The position numbers were made by a program, and so were the translations under genes. Positions 55,666 through 63,759 of a DNA stretch of 64,000 nt are shown here, piece by piece. Positions within the stretch are counted from its first letter, which is position 1; every line of letters starts with the position of its first letter. The notes beneath the pieces were generated by a model, which was not told the origin of the DNA, made no database searches, and saw only the letters and a list, made by a program, of their open reading frames with translations. The DNA comes from a virus (lineage: Duplodnaviria; Caudoviricetes): positions 1,497 to 65,496 of IMG/VR virus record IMGVR_UViG_3300039109_000042; one strand, written 5' to 3'.

Positions 55666-55869
55666 GTGAAGATCCGACTTGTTGATGAGGCTGAGGACCA
55701 CTACGTCGAGGTGCCAGATTCCGTTGAGTTCCCCAGGGTGATCATCTACGCAGGCCAAGCCTACCTGTACGACGATCATGGTTTCTACAGGGTGGTGTAC
55801 TCGCACACGATAAAACCAGAACAGCGAACTCATCCAGGTGAGCCAGGATGGAATCCAAATGGCGATTGA
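55666..55869 (+). CDS. hypothetical protein
   Basis: GGGAG SD. Confidence 0.5.
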   Translation: MKIRLVDEAEDHYVEVPDSVEFPRVIIYAGQAYLYDDHGFYRVVYSHTIKPEQRTHPGEPGWNPNGD

Positions 55870-56050
55870 CCCATACTATCCACCGAAGGCAGGCGACAGG
55901 AGGTGGTCTGACTTCTTCGGCTCATTTCTGGAGATGGTCACGTATACTGCCGACAACGACTTCTACTTCAAGGTGATCGACAACCCGCGCTGGCCTGCCG
56001 AGATGTACAAGAACAAGAGTCGCTGGACAGACCTAAGGGAGCAACCATGA
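55859..56050 (+). CDS. hypothetical protein
   Basis: Restarted at MAIDP. Confidence 0.5.
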   Translation: MAIDPYYPPKAGDRRWSDFFGSFLEMVTYTADNDFYFKVIDNPRWPAEMYKNKSRWTDLREQP

Positions 56051-56192
56051 TACGTCGCCTTGTACTTTGGCTCCTTGATAGGACGTGCGCTATGACCGGT
56101 CATGCCGGCGGATGCTGGCTCCTAAACAGATCTCCGTTGCGCTGGTTATGGTATTGGTCGAGCGGTGTTGTTACAAAGCTGGAGCGATCACC

Positions 56193-56621
56193 ATGAAGCA
56201 TTACGTCTTAGGCCTGGTCTTCAGCCAGCATGAGGGTCGCATCGCCCTGCTCAGAAAGAGACGTCCTGACTGGCAGGTGGGCAAGCTCAATGGGATCGGC
56301 GGTCACATCGAACCAGGTGAGACACCTCTGCGAGCTATGGTGCGAGAGGCTGAGGAGGAAGTCGGTCTTAAGATGCCAGCCAGATGCTGGGAGGAGATCG
56401 CCACTTTCAGGTATCCCAGGACATGGGAGCTGTTCGTGTTCAAGACCAATCTACCCCTTCCTACTGAACCCGAGGAGCTCATGGGTCAGGAGGATGAGCA
56501 GGTTGAGGTCCACAGCGTTAACACGTTATACCTGCAAGACTGCATCCCGAACCTTCACTATCTGGTGCAGTTCGCCGTGCGTCGTTATGACGGCGATTAC
56601 CTTTACATGGTGGCCCAATGA
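56193..56621 (+). CDS. Nudix hydrolase
   Basis: Nudix box GGHIEPGETPLRAMVREAEEEVG. Confidence 0.92.
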   Translation: MKHYVLGLVFSQHEGRIALLRKRRPDWQVGKLNGIGGHIEPGETPLRAMVREAEEEVGLKMPARCWEEIATFRYPRTWELFVFKTNLPLPTEPEELMGQEDEQVEVHSVNTLYLQDCIPNLHYLVQFAVRRYDGDYLYMVAQ

Positions 56622-57037
56622 AGATGACACCGAACAGATGGGGTCTCGTGGCCATGTTTATCTGGCTCTTTATCCTAGCCTTCGCTATCTGGACAACCCC
56701 AGCACAAGCTCAGCGAACCTACTGGGTAGTGCCAATTGACACCTTGGCCATCGGTAGACTCAAGCACACACACGTCCAGGTGACAGGTAAGGTGATCTAC
56801 GTCAACGCAGAGACAGATGGTGACATCCACGTTAAGGTAGGATCACCTTCCGGTAGATTTATCATGGCAGAGTGCATCCCTAAGCTACCGTGCGTAAAAC
56901 CAAAAGTCGATTCGGTCATCACGGTGTTCGGGATAACGCGTTGGGATCCAGAGCACGGTTGGGCTGAGGTGCATCCGGTAGAGTCTTGGAACTACTATGT
57001 TCCAGCAATGCTAGCTAAGAAGCCGGCTCGAAGGTGA
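56618..57037 (+). CDS. exported OB-fold-like protein
   Basis: Signal peptide ending AQA; E.DGD.H...E.HPV pattern. Confidence 0.6.
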   Translation: MKMTPNRWGLVAMFIWLFILAFAIWTTPAQAQRTYWVVPIDTLAIGRLKHTHVQVTGKVIYVNAETDGDIHVKVGSPSGRFIMAECIPKLPCVKPKVDSVITVFGITRWDPEHGWAEVHPVESWNYYVPAMLAKKPARR

Positions 57038-57522
57038 TCGAGAATGAGTGGTGGTCCAGGTACATCAAGCCCAGGTGGCATAACCGCGAGAAGAGGTGGG
57101 TTGCCAGGAAGGTGCAGGACGTCACCAACAAGGGCGCACCTGACGTGGATGCCTGCTGGGAAGGCTGTGCAGTAAAGATCGAGCTGAAGTATGCCAACGC
57201 GCTTCCAGCTAGGCCTGACACCAAGGTTACATTCAGCCGCTACAGCAAGGATGAACCCAATAGGCGCACGATCCTGAGCCGCGAACAGGCGAGGAACCTG
57301 GGTGATTGGCGATCAGCAGGTGGTATCGCCTACATCCTCATTGGCATAGGCAAACAGTGGTGGTTTGTTGACTCCGTCTTCTTCACCAACCCTAACCTAG
57401 TTGAGAACGACGGGGTCACCGTGAAGCGCCTAGATGAGATCGCCCTCCTGTCAGGGTTCCGTGAGGAGCTGCAGATGGTACCTGAGTTCATGGCTCGTAA
57501 CAACAAACTAGGCATCATGTGA
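57034..57522 (+). CDS. PD-(D/E)xK nuclease (VRR-NUC / resolvase-like)
   Basis: GAPD...IELK...LS.EQ......W..AGG. Confidence 0.8.
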   Translation: MIENEWWSRYIKPRWHNREKRWVARKVQDVTNKGAPDVDACWEGCAVKIELKYANALPARPDTKVTFSRYSKDEPNRRTILSREQARNLGDWRSAGGIAYILIGIGKQWWFVDSVFFTNPNLVENDGVTVKRLDEIALLSGFREELQMVPEFMARNNKLGIM

Positions 57523-57791
57523 GTGACCGCAGCCTACCAGAAGGTATCGTTAATGTCAGGTTTCATGGCCCAGATGCACCAGGCTATGGCCCTGAGCACT
57601 TCGACAGGCTCATGACCATTGACAAGGTGGCCGTGGCCATGTACGGCTGTCTCTACGACGAGCTAGGCGACAGTGAGGAGCAGGACCTGGTCATCGCCCA
57701 CTGTCTTGGTGAACCAGCCAAGCGTGAGGCGCTACACGTACGTCAGCCCTGGCACCCGCGAGGGCTTCCCAGATCACAACGGAGGATCTAA
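57519..57791 (+). CDS. hypothetical protein
   Basis: GTGA coupling. Confidence 0.5.
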   Translation: MSDRSLPEGIVNVRFHGPDAPGYGPEHFDRLMTIDKVAVAMYGCLYDELGDSEEQDLVIAHCLGEPAKREALHVRQPWHPRGLPRSQRRI

Positions 57792-57792
57792 C

Positions 57793-58074
57793 ATGTCAAC
57801 AGGCAACGGAGAAAAGCAGCAAGAGCCAGCACCTGACAGAATTGAGGTGCAGGCTACGATGGACCTGAAGGCTGGCACAGCTACCTTCACCGAGAAGAAG
57901 GTCAATGGTGTCATCATGCTAGATCCCAAGACGATTGTCATCCCAATCCAAACGCTTATGATCATGGGCGCACAGGCCTTGTTAGCGATGAACGGGATCT
58001 CCACTGGTGGTGCAGTAAGGGTAACCAAAGAAGGCGCGACTGAGCAACAGGACAAGAGGATCATCACCTCGTAG
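57793..58074 (+). CDS. hypothetical protein
   Basis: GGAGG SD. Confidence 0.6.
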   Translation: MSTGNGEKQQEPAPDRIEVQATMDLKAGTATFTEKKVNGVIMLDPKTIVIPIQTLMIMGAQALLAMNGISTGGAVRVTKEGATEQQDKRIITS

Positions 58075-58326
58075 GCCCAAAGGCTCGCGTTCTCTGTCAC
58101 TGGGATTACGTGAGCTCATAGAGTCTCATGAGAAAACTTACCCTCACTCTGAGCGCGAGTCTGGTGACAAAGAACATCATCAGAAAAGTGTCTTTCTTGT
58201 AGAAGAGTTGACCAGGAAAGACCAGCGCGCCAGACGGGCATGACGGTCGGTGTACAGCGATAGGCTTGGGTGGCTATGTTCCATGAGCTTAAGCAAAGCA
58301 CCATTAAAACCTCTGGAGGAGCTCAC

Positions 58327-58491
58327 ATGCCAAGATTGCTGCGACAGGCTGCTGGTCACCCAACGACCAGCAACGCTCGTCCCCTGGACATCAAGGGACG
58401 GAACAAGGCAAAGGGTGCCACAAAGCCCACGTACAAGGGACCGACAACGAGCCGTAAGGCTCAGAAAAGGGCGATCACCCGTAGTCGCTAG
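58327..58491 (+). CDS. very basic 54-aa peptide
   Basis: GGAGGAG SD; own promoter TGTACA-N18-TATGTT at 58251-58280. Confidence 0.6.
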   Translation: MPRLLRQAAGHPTTSNARPLDIKGRNKAKGATKPTYKGPTTSRKAQKRAITRSR

Positions 58492-58516
58492 CATCGGACG
58501 GGTGCTTACGGTTATG

Positions 58517-58555
58517 AGAAAGGCCAGGAGCGTTTTGGTTGCTCCTGGCCTTTCT
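58517..58555. terminator. bidirectional terminator between convergent arms
   Basis: AGAAAGGCCAGGAGC-9 nt-GCTCCTGGCCTTTCT perfect 15-bp stem. Confidence 0.8.
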
Positions 58556-58573
58556 AGCGTCTGCTGCTTGGAG

Positions 58574-58810
58574 CTAGCTGCGGATGCCCCAGTCTAGCCT
58601 GCTGGCGACACGAGCCAGACACAGTTCATATTGCTCCTCGGCGGCTGTGACTGCCTGACCGACACCCTGATCAGACTCCCAGCCCCAGGTCTGTGCAGCC
58701 TCACCCAGCTCCAGCAGCAGCTTCTGGTCTAGGTAAGATAGCTTTCGGACACGAGCTGCTGTGTCGGTGTCCATGTGGGCTAGGAGCTGCTTGACCTCCT
58801 TCTTGTTCAT
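58574..58810 (-). CDS. hypothetical protein
   Basis: Restarted at MNKKE; ATGA coupling. Confidence 0.55.
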   Translation of the reverse strand: MNKKEVKQLLAHMDTDTAARVRKLSYLDQKLLLELGEAAQTWGWESDQGVGQAVTAAEEQYELCLARVASRLDWGIRS

Positions 58811-59001
58811 AGGACCGGTATCTCGCGCAGCTCGATGCAGGTCTTGTCCTGGTTGATTGGACAAAGCAACCTGCAGACCTCAAGGATGCCGAGTGCCTTC
58901 ATCCACGTCTTCATGGCCTCGGTGTCACCACCATTTGGCTGTGCTACCTCAAGGCAGTCCTCCAGCGCCTTGAGGTCAGCATCGTACATCTTGGCGATCA
59001 T
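58807..59001 (-). CDS. hypothetical protein
   Basis: ATGA coupling. Confidence 0.55.
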   Translation of the reverse strand: MIAKMYDADLKALEDCLEVAQPNGGDTEAMKTWMKALGILEVCRLLCPINQDKTCIELREIPVL

Positions 59002-59981
59002 GCGGCGATCGCCTGAAGCAGCTCGACCTTCGCCGCCCGCTTGAGACGTTCACCAGCACCCAGCCAAGCGTTGGTCAGCCTGGCGTTCTGCGTCCGACCG
59101 TACTCGTGGTCGATGTACTCGGTTACCGCGTTGAGGACCCCCCAGGCAGTGTCCTTGGCTGAGGTCAGCAGCGCACCCTTGCCAGCACCCATGAACAGCT
59201 CAACTACGCGCTGGACAGTTCGTCCTTGCTTCTCCAGCTCTGTGGTCGGATCTGACCCGAAGATGGAGGCCACGAGCCTGACAGCATCCTCCTTCACCAG
59301 CGTGGCCTTGCTGAGAAGCCTGGCCTCGTCCTTGAAGCTGCTGAATCGTTCGGACGCGATCCCAAGCTGCTGCTTGACCTTGTCCTGCCTGGCCTTGTTG
59401 AACTCGGTGGTGTGCCAGATCTTGATGCTGGCCCCTTCGGCACCTAGTGACGCCATAAGGGTATTGGCGCAGACCACCCTGATGGCGGTCATCTTCCCGA
59501 TCATGCCCTTCCCGTACTGGTGCGGGTTCATCAGCATGACATAGCCGAGGACACGATCGCCGCCAGCCAGCTTGAACTCGTCGCTCATCTTGGCCAGCAC
59601 CCAGATCTGTTTCCCGCCATTCAAGGCCCCTGCAGTGTCGATGAACATGTCACCGGCGCCAAGGTACTCCTGGAAGAACTCCAGCACCTCGATGTTCTGG
59701 TGTGGCACGTAGCCCTTGCCTGAGACGTCCAGGACAGCCTGCGTGTCACCGCGGTAAAGCACCTGGTGGTCAGGGTCGGACTTGATCGCGTCCGGTGAAT
59801 CGCCGACCTGGAAGAGCACCGGTCTACGCTCGACCTTCCATGCTAGCCCCGCTGCCTTCTGGATCTCCTTGATGCTTGCGCCTTTGGCGATGCTCTGCCC
59901 AAGCCCGTGCCACGGCGTACCTTCCGTGCCCACATAGGCCATGGCGTCTTGGCCTGTGCTGTTGTCAATGTCGTGCGACAT
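58998..59981 (-). CDS. DUF932 (TIGR03299-type) protein
   Basis: MSH...PWHGLG...AGL.W.V...TAGAL.GG...RVVCANTL...TAWG..NAVTEYIDH. Confidence 0.9.
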   Translation of the reverse strand: MSHDIDNSTGQDAMAYVGTEGTPWHGLGQSIAKGASIKEIQKAAGLAWKVERRPVLFQVGDSPDAIKSDPDHQVLYRGDTQAVLDVSGKGYVPHQNIEVLEFFQEYLGAGDMFIDTAGALNGGKQIWVLAKMSDEFKLAGGDRVLGYVMLMNPHQYGKGMIGKMTAIRVVCANTLMASLGAEGASIKIWHTTEFNKARQDKVKQQLGIASERFSSFKDEARLLSKATLVKEDAVRLVASIFGSDPTTELEKQGRTVQRVVELFMGAGKGALLTSAKDTAWGVLNAVTEYIDHEYGRTQNARLTNAWLGAGERLKRAAKVELLQAIAA

Positions 59982-60040
59982 CTGTGACCTCCACTATAGG
60001 ATGTGTGGATGCGTCCACACGCGCGTTTTTCTCCTAGCTT

Positions 60041-60070
60041 AATATAACACACTCGACACACCCAGGTAAA
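60041..60070 (-). promoter_or_regulatory. phage promoter motif
   Basis: GGTA-TTTACC-N18-TATATT with TG extension. Confidence 0.65.
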
Positions 60071-60078
60071 TACCTAAA

Positions 60079-60363
60079 TTAAACTAGGTATCTTATGGCC
60101 TCGTACAGCAGCTCTGGGTCATCTCTGAACATCGCCAAGCCAGTGTTGCAGGCGTCACATAGCAGACTCCGAACCTTACTGGTCTTATGGCAGTGGTCCA
60201 CTGCCAGATCGGCCGGCTTCCTACAGATAGCACACCTACCAGCTTGATCAATGATCATCTTGGTATACTGAGTAAACGTGATACCATACTTGATCCTTAG
60301 CCAGTATTTGAGCCGGCTCCGTGCGGCACTTTTCTTTACCTGCTCAGGTGTAAGTCGTATCAT
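60079..60363 (-). CDS. endonuclease VII-like HNH protein
   Basis: YGIT..QY...Q.GRCAIC...VDHCH...VR.LLC..CN.GL. Confidence 0.85.
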   Translation of the reverse strand: MIRLTPEQVKKSAARSRLKYWLRIKYGITFTQYTKMIIDQAGRCAICRKPADLAVDHCHKTSKVRSLLCDACNTGLAMFRDDPELLYEAIRYLV

Positions 60364-60587
60364 CAGTCGACCCTTGTGACCATCCTGGCAGCATAGGCCA
60401 CGTGGCTGGCGAACAGGGAGTCAACCTGCTCCTTTGTCGAGCCCGGCTTCATGCTCCAGTGGGCACCGCACGAGCAGACCGTCCAGCCATCTGAGGCGTA
60501 GAACACCGCCCAGTTGATATTGGTATGCTCAACGGGCTCAGCCAATGATCCTCCCGGTGTTTGCCTCAACCCGCCTGGCTCGATCAT
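60363..60587 (-). CDS. hypothetical protein (true start probably near 60545)
   Basis: ORF track. Confidence 0.45.
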   Translation of the reverse strand: MIEPGGLRQTPGGSLAEPVEHTNINWAVFYASDGWTVCSCGAHWSMKPGSTKEQVDSLFASHVAYAARMVTRVD

Positions 60588-60903
60588 CCCACAGCTCCAG
60601 CATGTTGAAGTCCTTCTCGCTGACCGCCTCCAGCTCAGTACCGACGTACAGCCTTGTCCAGGTCTTGATTAGCTCTTTCTGGATGTCCCTGAACCCCTGC
60701 GGTAGGTTAGAGGACACTCTGGCAGTCACGATACGAACCTCCCAGCCCTGACGTAACCAGGATCTAACACGGTCAACCATAACCGGCACAGGTCCACCGA
60801 TCTCTTTGCCGATGACCAGGTTCTCCTCGTGGAGGCTCAAGGTGCCGTCAAGATCGACACCGATCCAGCCGTTGGTCCTAACCCTAGTGCTAGCGCCCGC
60901 CAC
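60538..60903 (-). CDS. HAD phosphatase, PNKP 3'-phosphatase-like
   Basis: WIGVDLDGTL, IVTAR, K, LWDDRA; GTG start after AGGAGG. Confidence 0.8.
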   Translation of the reverse strand: MAGASTRVRTNGWIGVDLDGTLSLHEENLVIGKEIGGPVPVMVDRVRSWLRQGWEVRIVTARVSSNLPQGFRDIQKELIKTWTRLYVGTELEAVSEKDFNMLELWDDRARRVEANTGRIIG

Positions 60904-61096
60904 GTTCTCTGGCCTCCTGGGCCCTGGTCTCCTCAGTGATCGGGCGATAGCGACTGTCGCTGATACGACGTTCGAGCGCCTCGATGAAGCTGTCCCACCT
61001 AAGGCAGAGCACGCCCTTTGGCGCCTGGACGATGATCTCGTCGGTTGCGGCATTATACTGGATCATGTGCTTGCTCAGGGCACGTTGGACTGACAT
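60890..61096 (-). CDS. hypothetical protein
   Basis: Restarted at MSVQR. Confidence 0.45.
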   Translation of the reverse strand: MSVQRALSKHMIQYNAATDEIIVQAPKGVLCLRWDSFIEALERRISDSRYRPITEETRAQEARERGGR

Positions 61097-61276
61097 GCTG
61101 CTACTTCTTGCTGGCATCGTTGCTCTCCGGGTATTGGGCCTTGATGGCCTTGTAGATCTCACGTTGTGTGCTGTTCCCCTTGTCGAACCCTGCTACTACC
61201 TGCATGGGCGTTATGCCAGCCTCCTTGGCTGACATCAACACCTGCTCAATCGCCACTGACATGCGCTTGGTGGTCA

Positions 61277-61459
61277 TCACGCCGAGGTCACCTGTAGCCC
61301 TGGGTCAAGCTCCAAGGTCAAGTTTGCCTTCAGCACGTCGGCATCCTTGTTGAGGGCTGCTTCATCAGGGAAATGCTTCGCGATAGCTGACCACGCCTCG
61401 TCGATGTCGTTGCCCAGGACGTTCAGGGTATAGCTGATCTTCACTCGGTACTTGTTCAT
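61277..61459 (-). CDS. hypothetical protein
   Basis: AGGAG SD before MNKY. Confidence 0.55.
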   Translation of the reverse strand: MNKYRVKISYTLNVLGNDIDEAWSAIAKHFPDEAALNKDADVLKANLTLELDPGLQVTSA

Positions 61460-61713
61460 GTTTCGTCTCCTGGTTTGTGCATGCAGCCTTCGCCGCATCC
61501 AACGGTCATGTGCAGGTTCTCTAGGCGCAGGCCCATGTCGATAGCGAGCGGTTCTTGCTCTCGACACAGTTGGATCATCTCTATAAAGCTGATGGTTGCT
61601 GCCTCCTTGTCGTTCTCCCTGGCGTTCAGGAACTGTTGCCAGAGCAGGATGATCATCCTGCCTTGCAGGGGATCTAGACCAATGAGGCTGACCTTCTTAT
61701 TGGAGATTGGCAT
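61456..61713 (-). CDS. hypothetical protein
   Basis: Restarted at MPISN. Confidence 0.5.
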   Translation of the reverse strand: MPISNKKVSLIGLDPLQGRMIILLWQQFLNARENDKEAATISFIEMIQLCREQEPLAIDMGLRLENLHMTVGCGEGCMHKPGDET

Positions 61714-61960
61714 TGTCAGTCCTGTCATGGCAGTGATCAGCGCACCCAACAGTCTTGTGCAGGAAATTTATCTTGGCTACCAGGCCAACCCAGCCATCCT
61801 CGCCCATGTGGTCCCTGGTCTCCTCCAGCATGATCCCGCCGTGGATGACTCGCTCAAGGTCACCGGCGTTAGAGGCAGTGTACTGCAGGACAAGATCCAG
61901 CAGGAACCGAGCCTGCATCTCTGTCAGCTCGCCCAGGATCGTTATCTTACGCTGTGCCAT
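61697..61960 (-). CDS. hypothetical protein
   Basis: ATAGCGGAGA leader. Confidence 0.65.
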   Translation of the reverse strand: MAQRKITILGELTEMQARFLLDLVLQYTASNAGDLERVIHGGIMLEETRDHMGEDGWVGLVAKINFLHKTVGCADHCHDRTDNANLQ

Positions 61961-61972
61961 CTTGACTCTCCG

Positions 61973-62278
61973 CTATCTACTGTAGTGGCCGTTTCCAGGT
62001 TGGAAGTAGGCTGTGTCGACGCTCAGGAGCTTACCTTGCCATGCTGTACATACGAGCTGATCTGACTTCCTGCGCCTGATGAACTGCCACCTGCCTGGTG
62101 CACGCTGCACCGCCTCTGACACCCTGTACCTGAGCCCTGGTTCTGCCTGACTACAGGCATGGTAGCTTAGCTGTTTCAGGCTATCCTCCTGCGCCTGGGC
62201 TATCACCTGGGCTACGAGCGGTTGCTGGCCTGAGATGCACTGACCTACGCCAGCCAGGATCAACGCTCCCAGGAGCAT
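61973..62278 (-). CDS. hypothetical exported protein
   Basis: Hydrophobic N-terminus; start uncertain. Confidence 0.4.
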   Translation of the reverse strand: MLLGALILAGVGQCISGQQPLVAQVIAQAQEDSLKQLSYHACSQAEPGLRYRVSEAVQRAPGRWQFIRRRKSDQLVCTAWQGKLLSVDTAYFQPGNGHYSR

Positions 62279-62295
62279 GACGCAACCTAACGTTC

Positions 62296-62487
62296 TTAGG
62301 GGTAGCGAAGACTCAGGATGATCGCGAAGTGCCACGCGAGCCAATCGTCGTAGCCCACTGTGACTCCGAATTGAAATATGGTGTTCCATTCTGCCCTCGG
62401 TGGAACTAGTTGTGGTGCCTCATCTGGATGCAGGATCGCGTGCTCGGTCGCCGGGTAAGACTCGCCGACAGTCTCCTCGTGCTTCAT
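62296..62487 (-). CDS. hypothetical protein
   Basis: ORF track. Confidence 0.45.
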   Translation of the reverse strand: MKHEETVGESYPATEHAILHPDEAPQLVPPRAEWNTIFQFGVTVGYDDWLAWHFAIILSLRYP

Positions 62488-62523
62488 ACTACAATATAAC
62501 ACGTCGGAGAATGCCTGGGCGGG

Positions 62524-63174
62524 TCATGCCTCCCGCATGTCGAAGAAGTCCTTGCCCTTCGGAACAAGCTGCGTTGTCTTTCTGATGTGATCGAAGATGA
62601 TCTTCTTGCCGCACCCGCCACAGTGGTAAAAGGTCTTGCCGCCACCACCACCGCAGTTGGTCATCTCGCGCAGGCAGAAGTCGCACCCTGGGTGTTGCTC
62701 ATCTCGACCACTGAACCGACCAAACCCACCAACGTACGGCTCATGCCCAACCTTGGCGTAGTAGGCAAAGAGCTGTCGACGCGCTTCCTGATCGAAGGGC
62801 TTAGCACAGATGCCAGATGAGTCACCGCCGTAATACACCTTGGCGTCATGGATGTTCGCCTCTAGCCAAGCTGCCACGTGGATGATCAGACCAACATCAC
62901 CACGCTCGTAGCCTCGGCCATAGTACCTGGTGCCAAGGTGTACCTCGATGAAGGTCTCGCCAGGTTCAGGGAAGATGGAGTCACCGTCCTGTTGATACTC
63001 ATTGACCAGCTCCAAGGCATGCCGACCGATCGTGCCATCTTCGTTCTTGTAGTCGTCCCAGATCCAGAAGCTGTCTGAGCCGAAAGCTGCAGCTAGGTCT
63101 CCCGACATCCTGCGGACCTCATCAGGCTTAAAGGCTTGCCTGGTACGAACCAACATCTGTGCGTCAACTCCCAC
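62524..63174 (-). CDS. hypothetical protein with C-terminal Zn ribbon
   Basis: GTG start after AGGAG; TRYYGRGYERG, YYGGDS, CDFC...CGGC. Confidence 0.7.
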   Translation of the reverse strand: MGVDAQMLVRTRQAFKPDEVRRMSGDLAAAFGSDSFWIWDDYKNEDGTIGRHALELVNEYQQDGDSIFPEPGETFIEVHLGTRYYGRGYERGDVGLIIHVAAWLEANIHDAKVYYGGDSSGICAKPFDQEARRQLFAYYAKVGHEPYVGGFGRFSGRDEQHPGCDFCLREMTNCGGGGGKTFYHCGGCGKKIIFDHIRKTTQLVPKGKDFFDMREA

Positions 63175-63377
63175 TATGCACGCTCCTGGTTGATACTGCT
63201 CCACTTGACGATCCGGACGTATGTCCCCTTCAGCTGCTGCGTCACGAACCCACGGTGCTGTTCACAGTACCTGTGCTTGACCGTGGGCCCACCTTTGACC
63301 CTGGTGATCATGTAGCATGTCGCCTCCTTCTCACACCTGGGATACTTCGGCTGCTGCTCGAACTGGCAGATTTTCAT
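63174..63377 (-). CDS. small Cys/His protein
   Basis: Coupled to both neighbours. Confidence 0.5.
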   Translation of the reverse strand: MKICQFEQQPKYPRCEKEATCYMITRVKGGPTVKHRYCEQHRGFVTQQLKGTYVRIVKWSSINQERA

Positions 63378-63568
63378 GGTATACCCACTAACAGGTCTAC
63401 AGACACCTCACGTAACCCGTCGTCGAGGAAACTACCATAATAGAACATCTCATCTAGCTGTACTATGACAGTACCATTTGTCTGTTCCTCGCTGATAATC
63501 GTACCAACTTCCTCTGGGTTAGACTCATCTGCTGGTAGTCTTACCCTGTCGCCCGGTCCAAGGCTCAT
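63374..63568 (-). CDS. small SH3/KOW-like protein
   Basis: LGPGDRVRL...GTII...VIVQLD. Confidence 0.5.
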   Translation of the reverse strand: MSLGPGDRVRLPADESNPEEVGTIISEEQTNGTVIVQLDEMFYYGSFLDDGLREVSVDLLVGIP

Positions 63569-63759
63569 GCGTGCCTCCAGTCAATGTTGTACACGATGCG
63601 GTGTATCTGCACGTGGCTTACCCCAAAGTGCCTAGCCAACAGACACTGCTTGCAGCCCAGGTCCCAAGCCTGCTTGATGAACGAGGCCTGGGCGGCCGTG
63701 AGCTTTGCTTGGCTGTTGAAGTTACCACGTGTCTTGAGCCTACCTGGATGCGGTGTCAC
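63565..63759 (-). CDS. small HTH protein
   Basis: RG..N..AKLT...LARHFGVS..QI.RIV....W.H. Confidence 0.7.
   Translation of the reverse strand: MTPHPGRLKTRGNFNSQAKLTAAQASFIKQAWDLGCKQCLLARHFGVSHVQIHRIVYNIDWRHA

Noticed and set aside
58160-58205. GAAA...CUGAUGA on the minus strand as a hammerhead
   Set aside because: Only 9 nt separate the motifs and no compatible stems exist.
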